The notes below the pieces were generated by a model that worked only from the letters and a program-made list of their open reading frames with translations, searched no databases and was not told the DNA's origin. Shown piece by piece: positions 9,962 through 19,617 of a stretch of 64,000 nucleotides of DNA. Numbering within the stretch: position 1 is the first letter of the stretch; each line of letters opens with the position of its first letter. The position numbers were made by a program, and so were the translations under genes. The DNA comes from an uncultured Verrucomicrobiota bacterium (GTDB lineage: Bacteria; Auribacterota; JABMQX01): NCBI GenBank assembly GCA_964640185.1, contig CAZXGF010000005.1, positions 1 through 64,000 of the forward strand, in the 5' to 3' direction.

Positions 9962-11326
9962 ATGGACAAAAGGACCAAGTTCACTCTCGATGAGGAAGAA
10001 ATACCGGAGCGCTGGTACAACATCCAGGCAGATTTGCCCGAGCCGCTTCCGCCCGTTTTGCATCCTGGTACAGGAAAGCCAGTGGGCCCTGCTGATTTGG
10101 CTCCTCTATTTCCTATGGAACTTATCAAACAGGAAGTGAGCACCGAGCGCTGGATAGAAATCCCCGACGAAGTCCGAGATATCTATCGTTTGTGGAGGCC
10201 GACGACGCTGTTTCGGGCCCACAGATTGGAGAAATTCCTCGATACGCCGGCCAAGATTTTCTACAAGTACGAGGGGTCAAGTCCCCCCGGAAGTCACAAG
10301 CCCAACACCGCTGTGGCTCAAGCCTATTATAACAAGCAAGAGGGCATTAAGCGTATCACGACGGAGACCGGAGCCGGGCAGTGGGGAAGTGCTCTATCTT
10401 TTGGAGGCGCCTGTTTCGGTCTTGAGATAAAGGTGTACATGGTCGCCATTAGCTACCACCAGAAGCCGTACCGTCGGGTGATGATGCAGACCTGGGGCGC
10501 AAACTGCATACCGAGCCCGAGTCCCGAGACGAAGGCAGGGCGAGCCATGTTAGAGAAGTGGCCCGATTGCCCCGGCAGCCTCGGATTGGCTATCAGCGAG
10601 GCGGTAGAGGACGCTGTGTCTCGTGATGACACCCATTATGCGTTAGGCAGTGTGCTGAACCACGTTCTTCTCCATCAAACTGTGAACGGCTTGGAGGCAA
10701 AAAAGCTGATGGAGAAGGCGGGCGTTTACCCGGATATTATCGTTGGCTGCATCGGCGGTGGCTCAAACTTCGCCGGGCTGTTCTTGCCCTTCGTCAAGGA
10801 TAAAATTGACGGGACAAAGCCGGACCTGCGCATCATCAACGTAGAGCCTATGTCTGCTCCCACAATGACCAAGGGACCTTATGCCTATGACTTTGGCGAT
10901 TCGGTTGGGCTTACGCCTCTCCTCAAGATGTACACATTAGGGCATGGCTTTATCCCACCGCCGATTCACGCTGGTGGCTTGCGCTATCACGGGATGGCGC
11001 CTATTATCTGCCACCTGCACAAGCTGGGTTTTGTCGAAGCCAGAGCCGAGCATCAGCTCGCTACTTTTGAAGCCGGGGTAACATTTGCCCGAACCGAAGG
11101 CATCATCAGCGCCCCCGAACCAAACCATTGCCTCAAGGTAGCCATTGATGAAGCGCTGAAGTGCAAGGAATCCGGTGAGGCAAAGACTATCCTCATAGCT
11201 CACAGCGGACATGGGCATGTGGATATGGCTGCTTATGATGCCTACTTCGCCGGCGAACTGAAGGATTATGCGTATCCGAAAGAGAAGATAGAGGAGGCCC
11301 TGGCAAAACTGCCTGAGATACCTTGA
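9962..11326 (+). CDS. TrpB-like pyridoxal-phosphate-dependent enzyme (tryptophan synthase beta chain-like, TrpB2 class)
   Basis: 454 aa with TrpB2-type N-terminal extension. HKPNTA (PLP lysine region) and GGGSN motifs. Confidence 0.85.
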   Translation: MDKRTKFTLDEEEIPERWYNIQADLPEPLPPVLHPGTGKPVGPADLAPLFPMELIKQEVSTERWIEIPDEVRDIYRLWRPTTLFRAHRLEKFLDTPAKIFYKYEGSSPPGSHKPNTAVAQAYYNKQEGIKRITTETGAGQWGSALSFGGACFGLEIKVYMVAISYHQKPYRRVMMQTWGANCIPSPSPETKAGRAMLEKWPDCPGSLGLAISEAVEDAVSRDDTHYALGSVLNHVLLHQTVNGLEAKKLMEKAGVYPDIIVGCIGGGSNFAGLFLPFVKDKIDGTKPDLRIINVEPMSAPTMTKGPYAYDFGDSVGLTPLLKMYTLGHGFIPPPIHAGGLRYHGMAPIICHLHKLGFVEARAEHQLATFEAGVTFARTEGIISAPEPNHCLKVAIDEALKCKESGEAKTILIAHSGHGHVDMAAYDAYFAGELKDYAYPKEKIEEALAKLPEIP

Positions 11327-11658
11327 CCGGGAGAAGGTTAAAGAGGCTGTGAAGGAACTCCCTGAGGTGAGCGTCTGAGGATACAGTAGATATGTGCAAG
11401 CAGGTTTGAGTTCTCTCCGGCGCATAACCGATCGCCTGAAGGATTGCCCAAGTCCCAAAGAGTGTCCAGGGGGTACCATTCTTGAAGATTGCGGCGTTTT
11501 TTGGCGTAAAGATTGGTGCTGGACCGGCAGTTGCGCCTCGATGAGCTTGGCACGAACCGGAAGACGATTCGCATGGCCTTTGGGGTCAACAGGGTTCCGG
11601 ATGGACTGGGGTCAGGTTTCTGCGAGCGATACTGTAGCTTGGAGGATGTCGGATTTCT

Positions 11659-11847
11659 GTGACGATTGCGAAGCAGCAAGTTCTTGAGCTGATAAGAGAG
11701 CTACCGCAGGAAGTTGATATAGACGAGCTTATTCATCGGCTATATCTCCGGCAGAAGCTCGAGGCAGCCGAGAAAGATGTTCGTAAAGGCCGGCTCATCT
11801 CGCATGGGTAGGTGGTCGAGGAGACCGCCAAGTGGTTCCAGAAATAG
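11659..11847 (+). pseudogene. Antitoxin (addiction-module component paired with RelE/ParE toxins) interrupted by an in-frame TAG at 11809-11811
   Basis: GTG-initiated VTIAKQQVLELIRELPQEVDIDELIHRLYLRQKLEAAEKDVRKGRLISHG*VVEETAKWFQK*. The family is expected to read straight through (...SHEEV...KWF..). Confidence 0.5.
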
Positions 11848-12133
11848 TATGGACGCAGCGAGCACTAAACGACCTGCGCGACATTTATCGGTTATAGCCA
11901 AAGATTCCAAGCGATACGCCCAGATGCAGGTGGAGAAGGTTCAAGAGGCGGTGTCAAAGCTTGCCACTTTTCCATTGATGGTTTCCCGGGTGCCTGAGTT
12001 TCCCGACTTGCCATACCGCCAGATAGTGGTTGGTGACTACCGTGTTATCTACAGGTTCGACGACAAACACAATCGAATACTGGTCGCATCGGTAGTGCAT
12101 GGACGGCGGCTCCTGAAGGAGCCATCTGACTGA
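11832..12133 (+). pseudogene. RelE/ParE-family toxin with a frameshift near 11892 (T-run)
   Basis: N-terminal frame VVPEIVWTQRALNDLRDIYR stops at TAG 11895. The downstream frame continues (V)IAKDSKRYAQ...YRVIYRFDDKHNRILVASVVHGRRL, a typical ParE C-terminus. One extra T in cggTTatag would restore a single ORF. Confidence 0.55.
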
Positions 12134-12338
12134 CGCAGCAAATGTAAGCCCGCAATAGGCAGATGACAACATGGAGGCGGTTTCGTGTTGCCCAGCCCAA
12201 TGCGCCGGGCGCGAACTTCTTTCGCGCCGCAAGTTGTTTGCCCCGGCGCGCGGAAGGTAACCGCGAGATATGACGGGAGGAAATGGAGGCGGCGTCCTCC
12301 CGTCGCTGTTTGACGTTGGAACGTCAGTCCGGAGCAGA

Positions 12339-13610
12339 ATGGCAATAGCGATTAGGAAAGCGGTTCTGATAATCGCGGGATGGGGCATCGGGATGTCTCC
12401 GCTGGCCTCGGCGTGGGGCGCCGTCCTCGATTTCGATGACCTCGCCGGTAAACCTGTCCCGGACGACTACGGCGGATTGAACTGGGTTGATACTCACCTC
12501 CTCGAGAATAAGTGGATAGTTGACGCTCACTATCTACCCCAATTCGCGACTCCATGCACCTTGTTCGACGTGGGGGAGACGCCCGTGGAGGTGACCATCT
12601 CTTCGGCGACTCCCTTTGACTTCATCAGCATCCAGTTTGCGGGCGTTCCGGGAGATACTGTCCGGCTGTTCGGGGATGGACCCGGAGAGGAACGCTACGG
12701 AGTTGACTATTACTCCGGAACCATCGAGCTCGACGGCAGCACTCCGGCTACTTATGAGGAACTCTGGCTGGAAATAACCGAGCTGACGATTTATTTCGAT
12801 TCGCTCTTCCCCGGCTCCATTTTCATAGACAATCTCACGTTTCAGCCGTCGCCCCGTCTGGCGACGATCTTCAGGGAGGATTTCGACGCCTTCACCAGCA
12901 ATGAGAATCTGACGGGCGCCGGGTGGGAGAGGCAGCACGGGCAATACATTCCTGAGGATGGCGGAAGTTGGCACATTGAGCGAGGGCCTCTCGGAAGCGA
13001 GGGTGTGTCCGGCACGTACGTCATTTCCAGCAGCGCCGCGGAGGGAGAGCTCCTGCCGCTCCAAGTCCTTGACGAGCGTTTGCTCTCGCCTGAGATAGAT
13101 TGCACGAACTTCACAGACGTTCACCTGCAATTCCGGCACAACCTCAAGATAGACCGCGGCAACGATTCTCGGGAACTTTTCAACGTCCACGTCAGCACAG
13201 CTCCCGGATACGACAACTGGCAATCCAACCGCGTCCCCTTCTGGAGCTGGGAAAACTTTGACTCGGTTTACCCGCAGGCGATAGACATTTCGCAGTTCGC
13301 TGACGGCAAGAAGATAAAGATTCGCTGGCGCTACTGGGCCGATTTCGACTATTGGTGGGCGATTGATGAGGTCAGGGTCATCGGCCGCCCGAAGAAGCTG
13401 GATATCACCGACCTTCAGGTCAACGCCGCCACAAGAGAGGTGTCCTTAGCCTGGGATGCTCCCGACGGCGTTTTCAGCATAGAAGCGAGCAGTGACGCCA
13501 CCTTCTCCACCGCCACGGAGCGAGCAACGGGAATCACTGAAAAACAATGGACCGGCGCCGATCCGGGCGTGTCGGATGGTAAACGGTTTTACAAAGTGCG
13601 AATGGATTGA
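12339..13610 (+). CDS. Secreted hypothetical protein with a C-terminal domain of about 65 aa ending KRFYKVRMD
   Basis: Signal peptide MAIAIRKAVLIIAGWGIGMSPLASAWG. No recognised catalytic domain. The C-terminal domain is shared with two other proteins in the window. Confidence 0.55.
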   Translation: MAIAIRKAVLIIAGWGIGMSPLASAWGAVLDFDDLAGKPVPDDYGGLNWVDTHLLENKWIVDAHYLPQFATPCTLFDVGETPVEVTISSATPFDFISIQFAGVPGDTVRLFGDGPGEERYGVDYYSGTIELDGSTPATYEELWLEITELTIYFDSLFPGSIFIDNLTFQPSPRLATIFREDFDAFTSNENLTGAGWERQHGQYIPEDGGSWHIERGPLGSEGVSGTYVISSSAAEGELLPLQVLDERLLSPEIDCTNFTDVHLQFRHNLKIDRGNDSRELFNVHVSTAPGYDNWQSNRVPFWSWENFDSVYPQAIDISQFADGKKIKIRWRYWADFDYWWAIDEVRVIGRPKKLDITDLQVNAATREVSLAWDAPDGVFSIEASSDATFSTATERATGITEKQWTGADPGVSDGKRFYKVRMD

Positions 13611-13615
13611 GTCCC

Positions 13616-15190
13616 ATGAGGAAAGTTGAGAGAGCTCTCATTAGCGTTTCGAATAAGGAGGGGATTGTCGAATTCGCCCGGCAGCTCAAGGACATGAGCA
13701 TTGAAATCATCTCCACCGGCGGAACAGCGAAGTTGTTGCGGGAATCCGACATCCCGGTGACAAAGGTCTCCGACCTCACCGGTACTCCGGAAATGCTCGA
13801 CGGCAGAGTCAAAACGCTCCATCCGAAGATTCATGGGGCGCTTCTCGCTCTGCGGGACAATCCCCTTCATCGCAGAGAAATGGAGGAGCACGGTATCAAG
13901 CCCATTGACCTCGTGGTCGTCAATCTCTATCCCTTCGAGCAGACGGTCTCGCAGGAGGATGTGACGCTGGAACAAGCCATCGAGAACATTGACATCGGCG
14001 GGCCATCCATGATTCGATCCGCCGCCAAGAACTACCAGGACGTGGCGGTCGTGGTGGACCCCGCCCGGTATGCCGACGTGCTTCAGAACCTTCGGGCGAA
14101 CGACGGCGCCATATCCAGTGAGCTGCGCATGGCCCTCGCGGCGGAAGCCTTCGAGAGGACCGCATACTACGATTCCATTATTTTCACCTTTCTCGCCTCC
14201 CTCCAAAAAAAGAGAGAGGTGACCGCCGTCAGCAAGCTTACCCTCGAGTACGCAAAAGTCATGGACCTTCGCTACGGCGAGAACCCTCACCAGCGAGCGG
14301 CTCTCTACCGCGAAAAGATTTTCAGTGAGCCGTGCGTTCCGGGGGCGGAATTGCTCCACGGCAAGGAGCTTTCGTTCAACAACATTCTCGACCTGGACTC
14401 CGCCTGCGAGACCGTGAAGGAATTCGCCCAGCCAGCGGCTGTCGTCATCAAGCACACCAACCCCTGCGGGGTGGCTGTCGGCTCTTGGATATTCGAGGCG
14501 TACAAGAAAGCGAGGGCGACCGACCCGGTTTCCGCTTTCGGGAGCGTCGTCGCCTTTAACAAAAGCATAGACCTCCAGACTGCCGAGGAGTTGAACAAGA
14601 CCTTCATCGAAGCGATTCTCGCCCCCGGGTTCAACCATGATGCGCTGGACGTCCTGAAGAAGAAAACGAAGCGGCGGTTAGTGCTCCTGGAGGGATTGGA
14701 GACCTGGCGGATGGTGGGAGGAACGGCTTTCGCGTCCCGCGACCTCCGCAAGATCGTCGGCGGCGTGCTCGTCCAGGACCGCGACCTTCTGACGATTTCC
14801 GACAAGGACCTTCGCTGCGTGACCGAGCGGGAACCCACGGAGGAGGAGCTCAAAGCGTTGCTATTCGCCTGGAAGGTCGTCAAGCACGTCAAATCCAACG
14901 CCATCATTTACACCAACGCCATCGAGACGCTGGCAATCGGCGCCGGGCAGATGAGCCGGGTTGACTCCTCTCGGATCGCTGTCATGAAAGCACAGAAGTC
15001 GCTGAAAGGGAGTGTGGTTGCCTCCGACGCCTTTTTCCCCTTCCGGGACGGTGTGGATGCGGCGGTGGAAGCGGGAGCTACGGCGATCATTCAGCCGGGA
15101 GGCTCGGTCAGGGACGAGGAATCCATCACCGCCTGCAACGAGCACGACGTCGCCATGGTCTTCACCGGCATCCGCCACTTCAGGCACTGA
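13616..15190 (+). CDS. purH: Bifunctional AICAR transformylase / IMP cyclohydrolase PurH
   Basis: N-terminal [16 protein letters not shown]...STGGTAK (MGS-like domain) followed by the AICARFT domain. The start could be TTG 13607 or ATG 13616. Confidence 0.95.
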   Translation: MRKVERALISVSNKEGIVEFARQLKDMSIEIISTGGTAKLLRESDIPVTKVSDLTGTPEMLDGRVKTLHPKIHGALLALRDNPLHRREMEEHGIKPIDLVVVNLYPFEQTVSQEDVTLEQAIENIDIGGPSMIRSAAKNYQDVAVVVDPARYADVLQNLRANDGAISSELRMALAAEAFERTAYYDSIIFTFLASLQKKREVTAVSKLTLEYAKVMDLRYGENPHQRAALYREKIFSEPCVPGAELLHGKELSFNNILDLDSACETVKEFAQPAAVVIKHTNPCGVAVGSWIFEAYKKARATDPVSAFGSVVAFNKSIDLQTAEELNKTFIEAILAPGFNHDALDVLKKKTKRRLVLLEGLETWRMVGGTAFASRDLRKIVGGVLVQDRDLLTISDKDLRCVTEREPTEEELKALLFAWKVVKHVKSNAIIYTNAIETLAIGAGQMSRVDSSRIAVMKAQKSLKGSVVASDAFFPFRDGVDAAVEAGATAIIQPGGSVRDEESITACNEHDVAMVFTGIRHFRH

Positions 15191-15385
15191 TGGTTCGAAC
15201 GCGCTTAGGATTTGGGGCATTATACAGAAACCGCATAAGGGGGTCAGAAAAGCCGGGGCAGGCGGGCCAACGGCAGGGAGAGGCCTGGCTGGGAGCCGGG
15301 TCTGTCGCCTTATGACGCGAATCAGGCGGCCAAAGGTGTCATGAGGAAGCCATATAGACCGTAGTTCCATATGGAGAAATAAGAG

Positions 15386-16174
15386 ATGACACTCGTGCTC
15401 TCCGAAATATCGCACAGAGGCGTCGCAATGGCCGCGGATTCAGCGGTCACCTGCGGTTCAGGGCGTGTCTATGTCGGAGCGCAGAAGCTCCAGGCCGTGC
15501 CTCAAATCGGCGCTGGCATGTCAGTCTGGGGACTGGGATCCATCGGAGAAGAGGACACTGACGTATGGCTCGAAAGGTTCATCCAGACCGAAGTCAAACC
15601 GACCATGACTCTATGGAAGGCTGCTGAGCGTCTCGCAGATGAACTCAACAGTGCGTTCGGGGGCGTGGCACCGGGCCGCATGGGAATCCATGTGTGCGGA
15701 TTCGACGAACGCCAAGGTTTTCGCGGCCCGGCGCTGTATCACGTGCACAACGGCCATTACAAGGTTCAGGTAGACGACGGCAAGTTCGTCAGGATCCCGG
15801 ACGAAGACCCTCCCATCAGAGAATTTCGGGCTCATCATGATATACCACCGCAAGCTTGGTCTCGTGAGCGGACACCACAAGGGCGCCGGAACGGCGACAT
15901 CTCCGTCTTCGCATGGACGAACCAGTATCTGTCTCGCTTCCTCGACGAGTTCCAAGCAGGCACCGAGTTCCGATTTCCATACCCGGACAGCCTCGAATCC
16001 CGGGGCGAGTACCTACGGTTCCTGGTCAACATGACAATCGAGCTGTATCGGCTCAGCAATGCCAGGCCCAGGGTTCTTCGCCAGCCGGCCACGCTGGGTG
16101 ATGCGAGCATCGGCGGGCCTGTGACGGTCTTAACCATTTCAGGTCAAGGCATCCAGGATTTCTACGCGAAATAG
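15386..16174 (+). CDS. Proteasome-family Ntn hydrolase (HslV / 20S beta-like), divergent, 262 aa
   Basis: MTLVLSEISHRGVAMAADSAVTCGSGRVYVGAQKLQAV aligns with HslV [34 protein letters not shown] (Thr1 nucleophile, the Asp17-equivalent Asp, Lys33 region). AGMSVWGLGSIGE corresponds to AGFAGGTADA. The C-terminal IGGPVTVLTISGQG resembles the 20S beta GG.v.v..i..G motif. Good RBS. Confidence 0.65.
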   Translation: MTLVLSEISHRGVAMAADSAVTCGSGRVYVGAQKLQAVPQIGAGMSVWGLGSIGEEDTDVWLERFIQTEVKPTMTLWKAAERLADELNSAFGGVAPGRMGIHVCGFDERQGFRGPALYHVHNGHYKVQVDDGKFVRIPDEDPPIREFRAHHDIPPQAWSRERTPQGRRNGDISVFAWTNQYLSRFLDEFQAGTEFRFPYPDSLESRGEYLRFLVNMTIELYRLSNARPRVLRQPATLGDASIGGPVTVLTISGQGIQDFYAK

Positions 16175-16265
16175 CAGCAAAGCAAGGAGAGCGTGCGACG
16201 AGAGGAGCGGCGCCACGCCTTAGAGCGCCTCGACCGTGTCGTTCCGCTGAAACGAGGATACCAGG

Positions 16266-16898
16266 ATGCAGGCTCTCATAGCCGTAATCACAGCACTGAC
16301 AATAGTGATCGCGGTGATGAACATACTCGGTGGAGTGGTCTCCGGTATCTGGCTTGCAATTCTTGGCCAGTGGAACGCCGTTGGTATTGGAATTGCATGC
16401 TTTCTTGCGTCCGGCGTGGCGATCCGCTTCGCACTGATGCCCTCCCTCCTTCTCGCGGGACCTGCTGTGTATTGCGCTGAAAAGGGGAATAGGACGGGGG
16501 CGGTCTTTTTCGCATTCCTCAACAGCGTTTACAGCATGGGCCTCGTTACGCTCTGGTGCGTCGGGGTTCTGTACTTTTTCTTCAGAATGGCAGACAACCG
16601 TTCCGTGATACCAATCTTACTTTGGTCATATGGCGTAGCCACAGAACCTTGGGCTTGGCTTGCCATGAAGGACCAGCAGGCCGGGGGTAATGAGTATTCA
16701 CTATTCTCGACCTTTCTTGCACAGGTGGCCTACCTTCTGGCAATCATCATGATCGCGCTCGCGCGCGCGGCTCTCCGGCCGGTTGTCATAACGTTCAGTG
16801 CAATCATGGGGGTTGGCATGATCTTCCAGTTGGTGGTCGCCTTTTCTGGGGACAACGCCATTAGAGCAGAATATTCGTCCTTTGAGGATGCAGAGTGA
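16266..16898 (+). CDS. Hypothetical polytopic membrane protein (about 5-6 TM)
   Basis: Hydrophobic segments throughout. Follows the Ntn-hydrolase gene on the same strand. Confidence 0.55.
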   Translation: MQALIAVITALTIVIAVMNILGGVVSGIWLAILGQWNAVGIGIACFLASGVAIRFALMPSLLLAGPAVYCAEKGNRTGAVFFAFLNSVYSMGLVTLWCVGVLYFFFRMADNRSVIPILLWSYGVATEPWAWLAMKDQQAGGNEYSLFSTFLAQVAYLLAIIMIALARAALRPVVITFSAIMGVGMIFQLVVAFSGDNAIRAEYSSFEDAE

Positions 16899-17242
16899 AA
16901 CGAATCTGGATTCCACAATTGATCGCGACTCTCACGCTCCTTTGGGCGCTTAACCCGCGGAACCCATACGCGTACTACATCCTGCTGCGGTGGATCTGCT
17001 GTGCGGCTTTCGCTTATGTCGGCGTCCAAGCTCTTGCCCATCACAAGGAGGGATGGGCTTGGGTTCTCGGGGTGATGGCTGTGGTCTACAACCCGATCAT
17101 CCGAGTTCATCTCACTCGGGAGATCTGGTCGGTGGTCAACCTCATCACAATCGCCATCGCAGTGGCATCAATATTCGTTTTGAAGGTTAAGACGCAAGAC
17201 AAAGAGGACAAGCCGAATAACGAGCTCCGCCGGACGCAGTAA
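16895..17242 (+). CDS. Small hypothetical membrane protein (3-4 TM, YYILLRWICCAAFAY motif)
   Basis: Start overlaps the previous stop (ATGA coupling). Hydrophobic. Confidence 0.55.
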   Translation: MKRIWIPQLIATLTLLWALNPRNPYAYYILLRWICCAAFAYVGVQALAHHKEGWAWVLGVMAVVYNPIIRVHLTREIWSVVNLITIAIAVASIFVLKVKTQDKEDKPNNELRRTQ

Positions 17243-17347
17243 GAGCGCACCACGCCCCCGGGGGCGCTGCTCCGGAGCCCGGCTTGGCAGGGCCCAGAAC
17301 CGGACAGCAACAACAGGGAGTTCGTCGCAGCAAGGGGAGGGATAGCA

Positions 17348-17536
17348 ATGAGCGTCAAATTGTTCTGCCCGAAGGGGCATGAGGTCGAGGAAGTTGAGAT
17401 CAAACTCGGGTTTATCGAGATGCCCGAAGACGTCAAGTCCCACAGTCAAGCTGTCATACGAATTGCGGCAAACTGTCCAACGTGCCAAACCGAGTATAAA
17501 ATGGAACTGATGCCAAGCGAGTGGGACTGGATGTAG
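17348..17536 (+). CDS. Zinc-ribbon small protein (CPKGH...CPTCQ)
   Basis: Two CxxC/CxxxH pairs about 35 aa apart. GGAGG RBS 8 nt upstream. Confidence 0.5.
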   Translation: MSVKLFCPKGHEVEEVEIKLGFIEMPEDVKSHSQAVIRIAANCPTCQTEYKMELMPSEWDWM

Positions 17537-17723
17537 CATTCAAAGTCCCCCGCACTGGCTCCGAGGGCCGCACCGTAATGCTAACGCGCCGCTGAAGGGA
17601 ACCGCATAGGAGCCGCTGGAAAGCGCGGCCGGAGCTGACGTTTGGGGCCGCAAGAACAGAAAACGGCCAGGGGCTGGTGGGGATCGCTAAAGCCCCCGAC
17701 TCAGAAGCCCGGCTGAAGCTTGC

Positions 17724-18767
17724 TTAAAGAGGTAGATCCCGGCTCGGCGCGCGGTCCGCTTTTGCGGCGTAAATAGAGAATAGCATTCGAGCGAGGCGGG
17801 AAGAGAGCCCCTCCTTCGCGTAGATAATTGCTGCGCCGGGATCAAAACCGACGCCCTCAAGAATCCTGGCAAGGCTTGCTCTGTATGCGGCCCTGGTCGA
17901 CAAGCGCATTCTTGCCTCTATCATGTTGGACTCAAGGCCACATATGACCAGAAAAGGGTCTTGCCTGACCTTGCCAGCCATGCGTCTCATGTCCCGGGGC
18001 CGGCCCCTGTGGACGCCGAAGCACGCGTCGGCCTCGTCCCAGCCCGGACCGTGGAATTGCACCCATCCTCCGGCTCCCCGAGGGCCCGTCCAAGCACCCG
18101 CTGCCCCGGGCCGTTGGACCCTCAACCTGTGGGCCATGTGCGCTCGCGTCAGTTGCACCAGTCGGCCAAGGCCGATGGGCTGCCACTGTACCTCAGGCGG
18201 CCCCCATCGCGTGCCTCTTTCGTTCCGCTGTCTGAGTCCCTGGGCCATGTACTGCGAGGAGAGCATCGCCGCCAGGTCATCGCTGAGGCCTTCTAATACG
18301 TACGTCACCGCCGTCCCGGGATTAAGTCCGCCGTCCACCATTGCGCTCGCCAGATAGATGCGATAACGGGTCCTGGCGGTCGGTCGCATCGCCGCTCGCG
18401 CCATCTTGGACTCGAGGGCCATCATGGCACCGACGGGATTCTTCTGTATCTTCTTCATGACCGCGGCCTCGTCTAAAGCCTTGCCCTTGCGAACATGATA
18501 GCGCGCTCTTGTTCCACCGTAGCTCGCCCCCTTGAACTCTATCCATCCCCCGTCACCCCCTGCAGGCGGAGGTTGCGTTTCAGGGCGGCCTTCTGGGTTG
18601 CGGCTGTTCGTCCCTGCCCCTGACGCCACCTCCTGGCCCGGGCCCGTTCTCTGGGCTCTTGGACTGGTCCTGGGCTCGGGCGTCGGTCCCGCCCCAGCGG
18701 GCTCAGCGGCCAAAGACCCCCCGGCGATAGCCAGAGCGCTAACGATGACTGTACGTAGGCTTTGCAT
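17724..18767 (-). CDS. Secreted hypothetical protein built from two tandem repeats of about 110 aa
   Basis: Start taken at MQSLRTVIVSALAIAGGSLAA (signal peptide). Internal duplication: WIEFKGASYGG...YVLEGLSDDLAAML versus WVQFHGPGWDE...YAKEGLSSRLARML. Confidence 0.5.
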   Translation of the reverse strand: MQSLRTVIVSALAIAGGSLAAEPAGAGPTPEPRTSPRAQRTGPGQEVASGAGTNSRNPEGRPETQPPPAGGDGGWIEFKGASYGGTRARYHVRKGKALDEAAVMKKIQKNPVGAMMALESKMARAAMRPTARTRYRIYLASAMVDGGLNPGTAVTYVLEGLSDDLAAMLSSQYMAQGLRQRNERGTRWGPPEVQWQPIGLGRLVQLTRAHMAHRLRVQRPGAAGAWTGPRGAGGWVQFHGPGWDEADACFGVHRGRPRDMRRMAGKVRQDPFLVICGLESNMIEARMRLSTRAAYRASLARILEGVGFDPGAAIIYAKEGLSSRLARMLFSIYAAKADRAPSRDLPL

Positions 18768-19617
18768 TTTGTTCCCCTTCGCGCTTACGTCGCGCGTCCC
18801 AACACAGCTTTGCCAGATTTTCGACCACAATCGCCACACGCGGATGCTCCGGTCCGAAGGCTTTTTCCAGTATCCCGAGAGCTCGCTCGCAAAGCGGCTC
18901 CGCTTCCGCATATTTCCCCTGTGAATGATAGACCGCAGCCAGATTGTTCAGGGTGTTGGCAATGGCGGGGTGCTCTGGTCCGAGAGCCTTTTCCCTTATT
19001 GCGAGTGCCCGTTTGTTGAGCCGCTCCGCCTCGCCGTACTTGCCCTGGGAAAGGTAAATCCCCGCGAGATTGCACAGCGACTGCACAACGTCAGGATGCT
19101 CCCCTCCGAGAGCCTTTTCGCATATCCCCAAAGCTCGCCTACAAAATGTCTCAGCCTCGGCGTATCTGCACTGAAAATAGTAAAGCAGCCCCAGATTGTT
19201 CAAAGAAGTCGCAACGTCAGGATGCGCAGAGAGAAGTCTCTTTTCCCGTATCGCCAGAGCTCGCTTGTAAAGGGGTTCCGCTTCAGCATACCTGCTCTGC
19301 TCCCTGCAAACCTCTGCGAGATTGTTGAGGCAGGTCGCCACCAAAGGGTGATCCGCCCCGAGGGCTTCTTCCCAAATCGCCAGAGCTCGCTCGTAAAGCG
19401 GCTCGGCTTTCGCATATTTCCCCCGTGAATGATAAAGCGCAGCGAGATTGTTCAGGGATGTCGCGACGTTGCAATGATGGGCGTCGAACGCCCTCTCTGC
19501 AACTTCCAAACCTCTTTCTGCCACACCGGCAGCCTCTGAATATCGCCCTTCCTGATAAAGCACACGTGCCTGAGCGTTCAGCGCCTTCCACGACCTTTCA
19601 TCCTCGCAACTGGACAT
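18739..19617 (-). CDS. Tetratricopeptide (TPR_12-type) repeat protein
   Basis: Seven or more repeats of LNNLA.LY..QG+Y.EAEPLY.RALAI.EKALG.EHP.VA. Confidence 0.85.
   Translation of the reverse strand: MSSCEDERSWKALNAQARVLYQEGRYSEAAGVAERGLEVAERAFDAHHCNVATSLNNLAALYHSRGKYAKAEPLYERALAIWEEALGADHPLVATCLNNLAEVCREQSRYAEAEPLYKRALAIREKRLLSAHPDVATSLNNLGLLYYFQCRYAEAETFCRRALGICEKALGGEHPDVVQSLCNLAGIYLSQGKYGEAERLNKRALAIREKALGPEHPAIANTLNNLAAVYHSQGKYAEAEPLCERALGILEKAFGPEHPRVAIVVENLAKLCWDARRKREGEQNAKPTYSHR

Noticed and set aside
11394-11687. 97-aa Cys-containing ORF between trpB2-like gene and the TA pair
   Set aside because: No RBS, no recognisable family. The region more plausibly holds a truncated antitoxin remnant in another frame.
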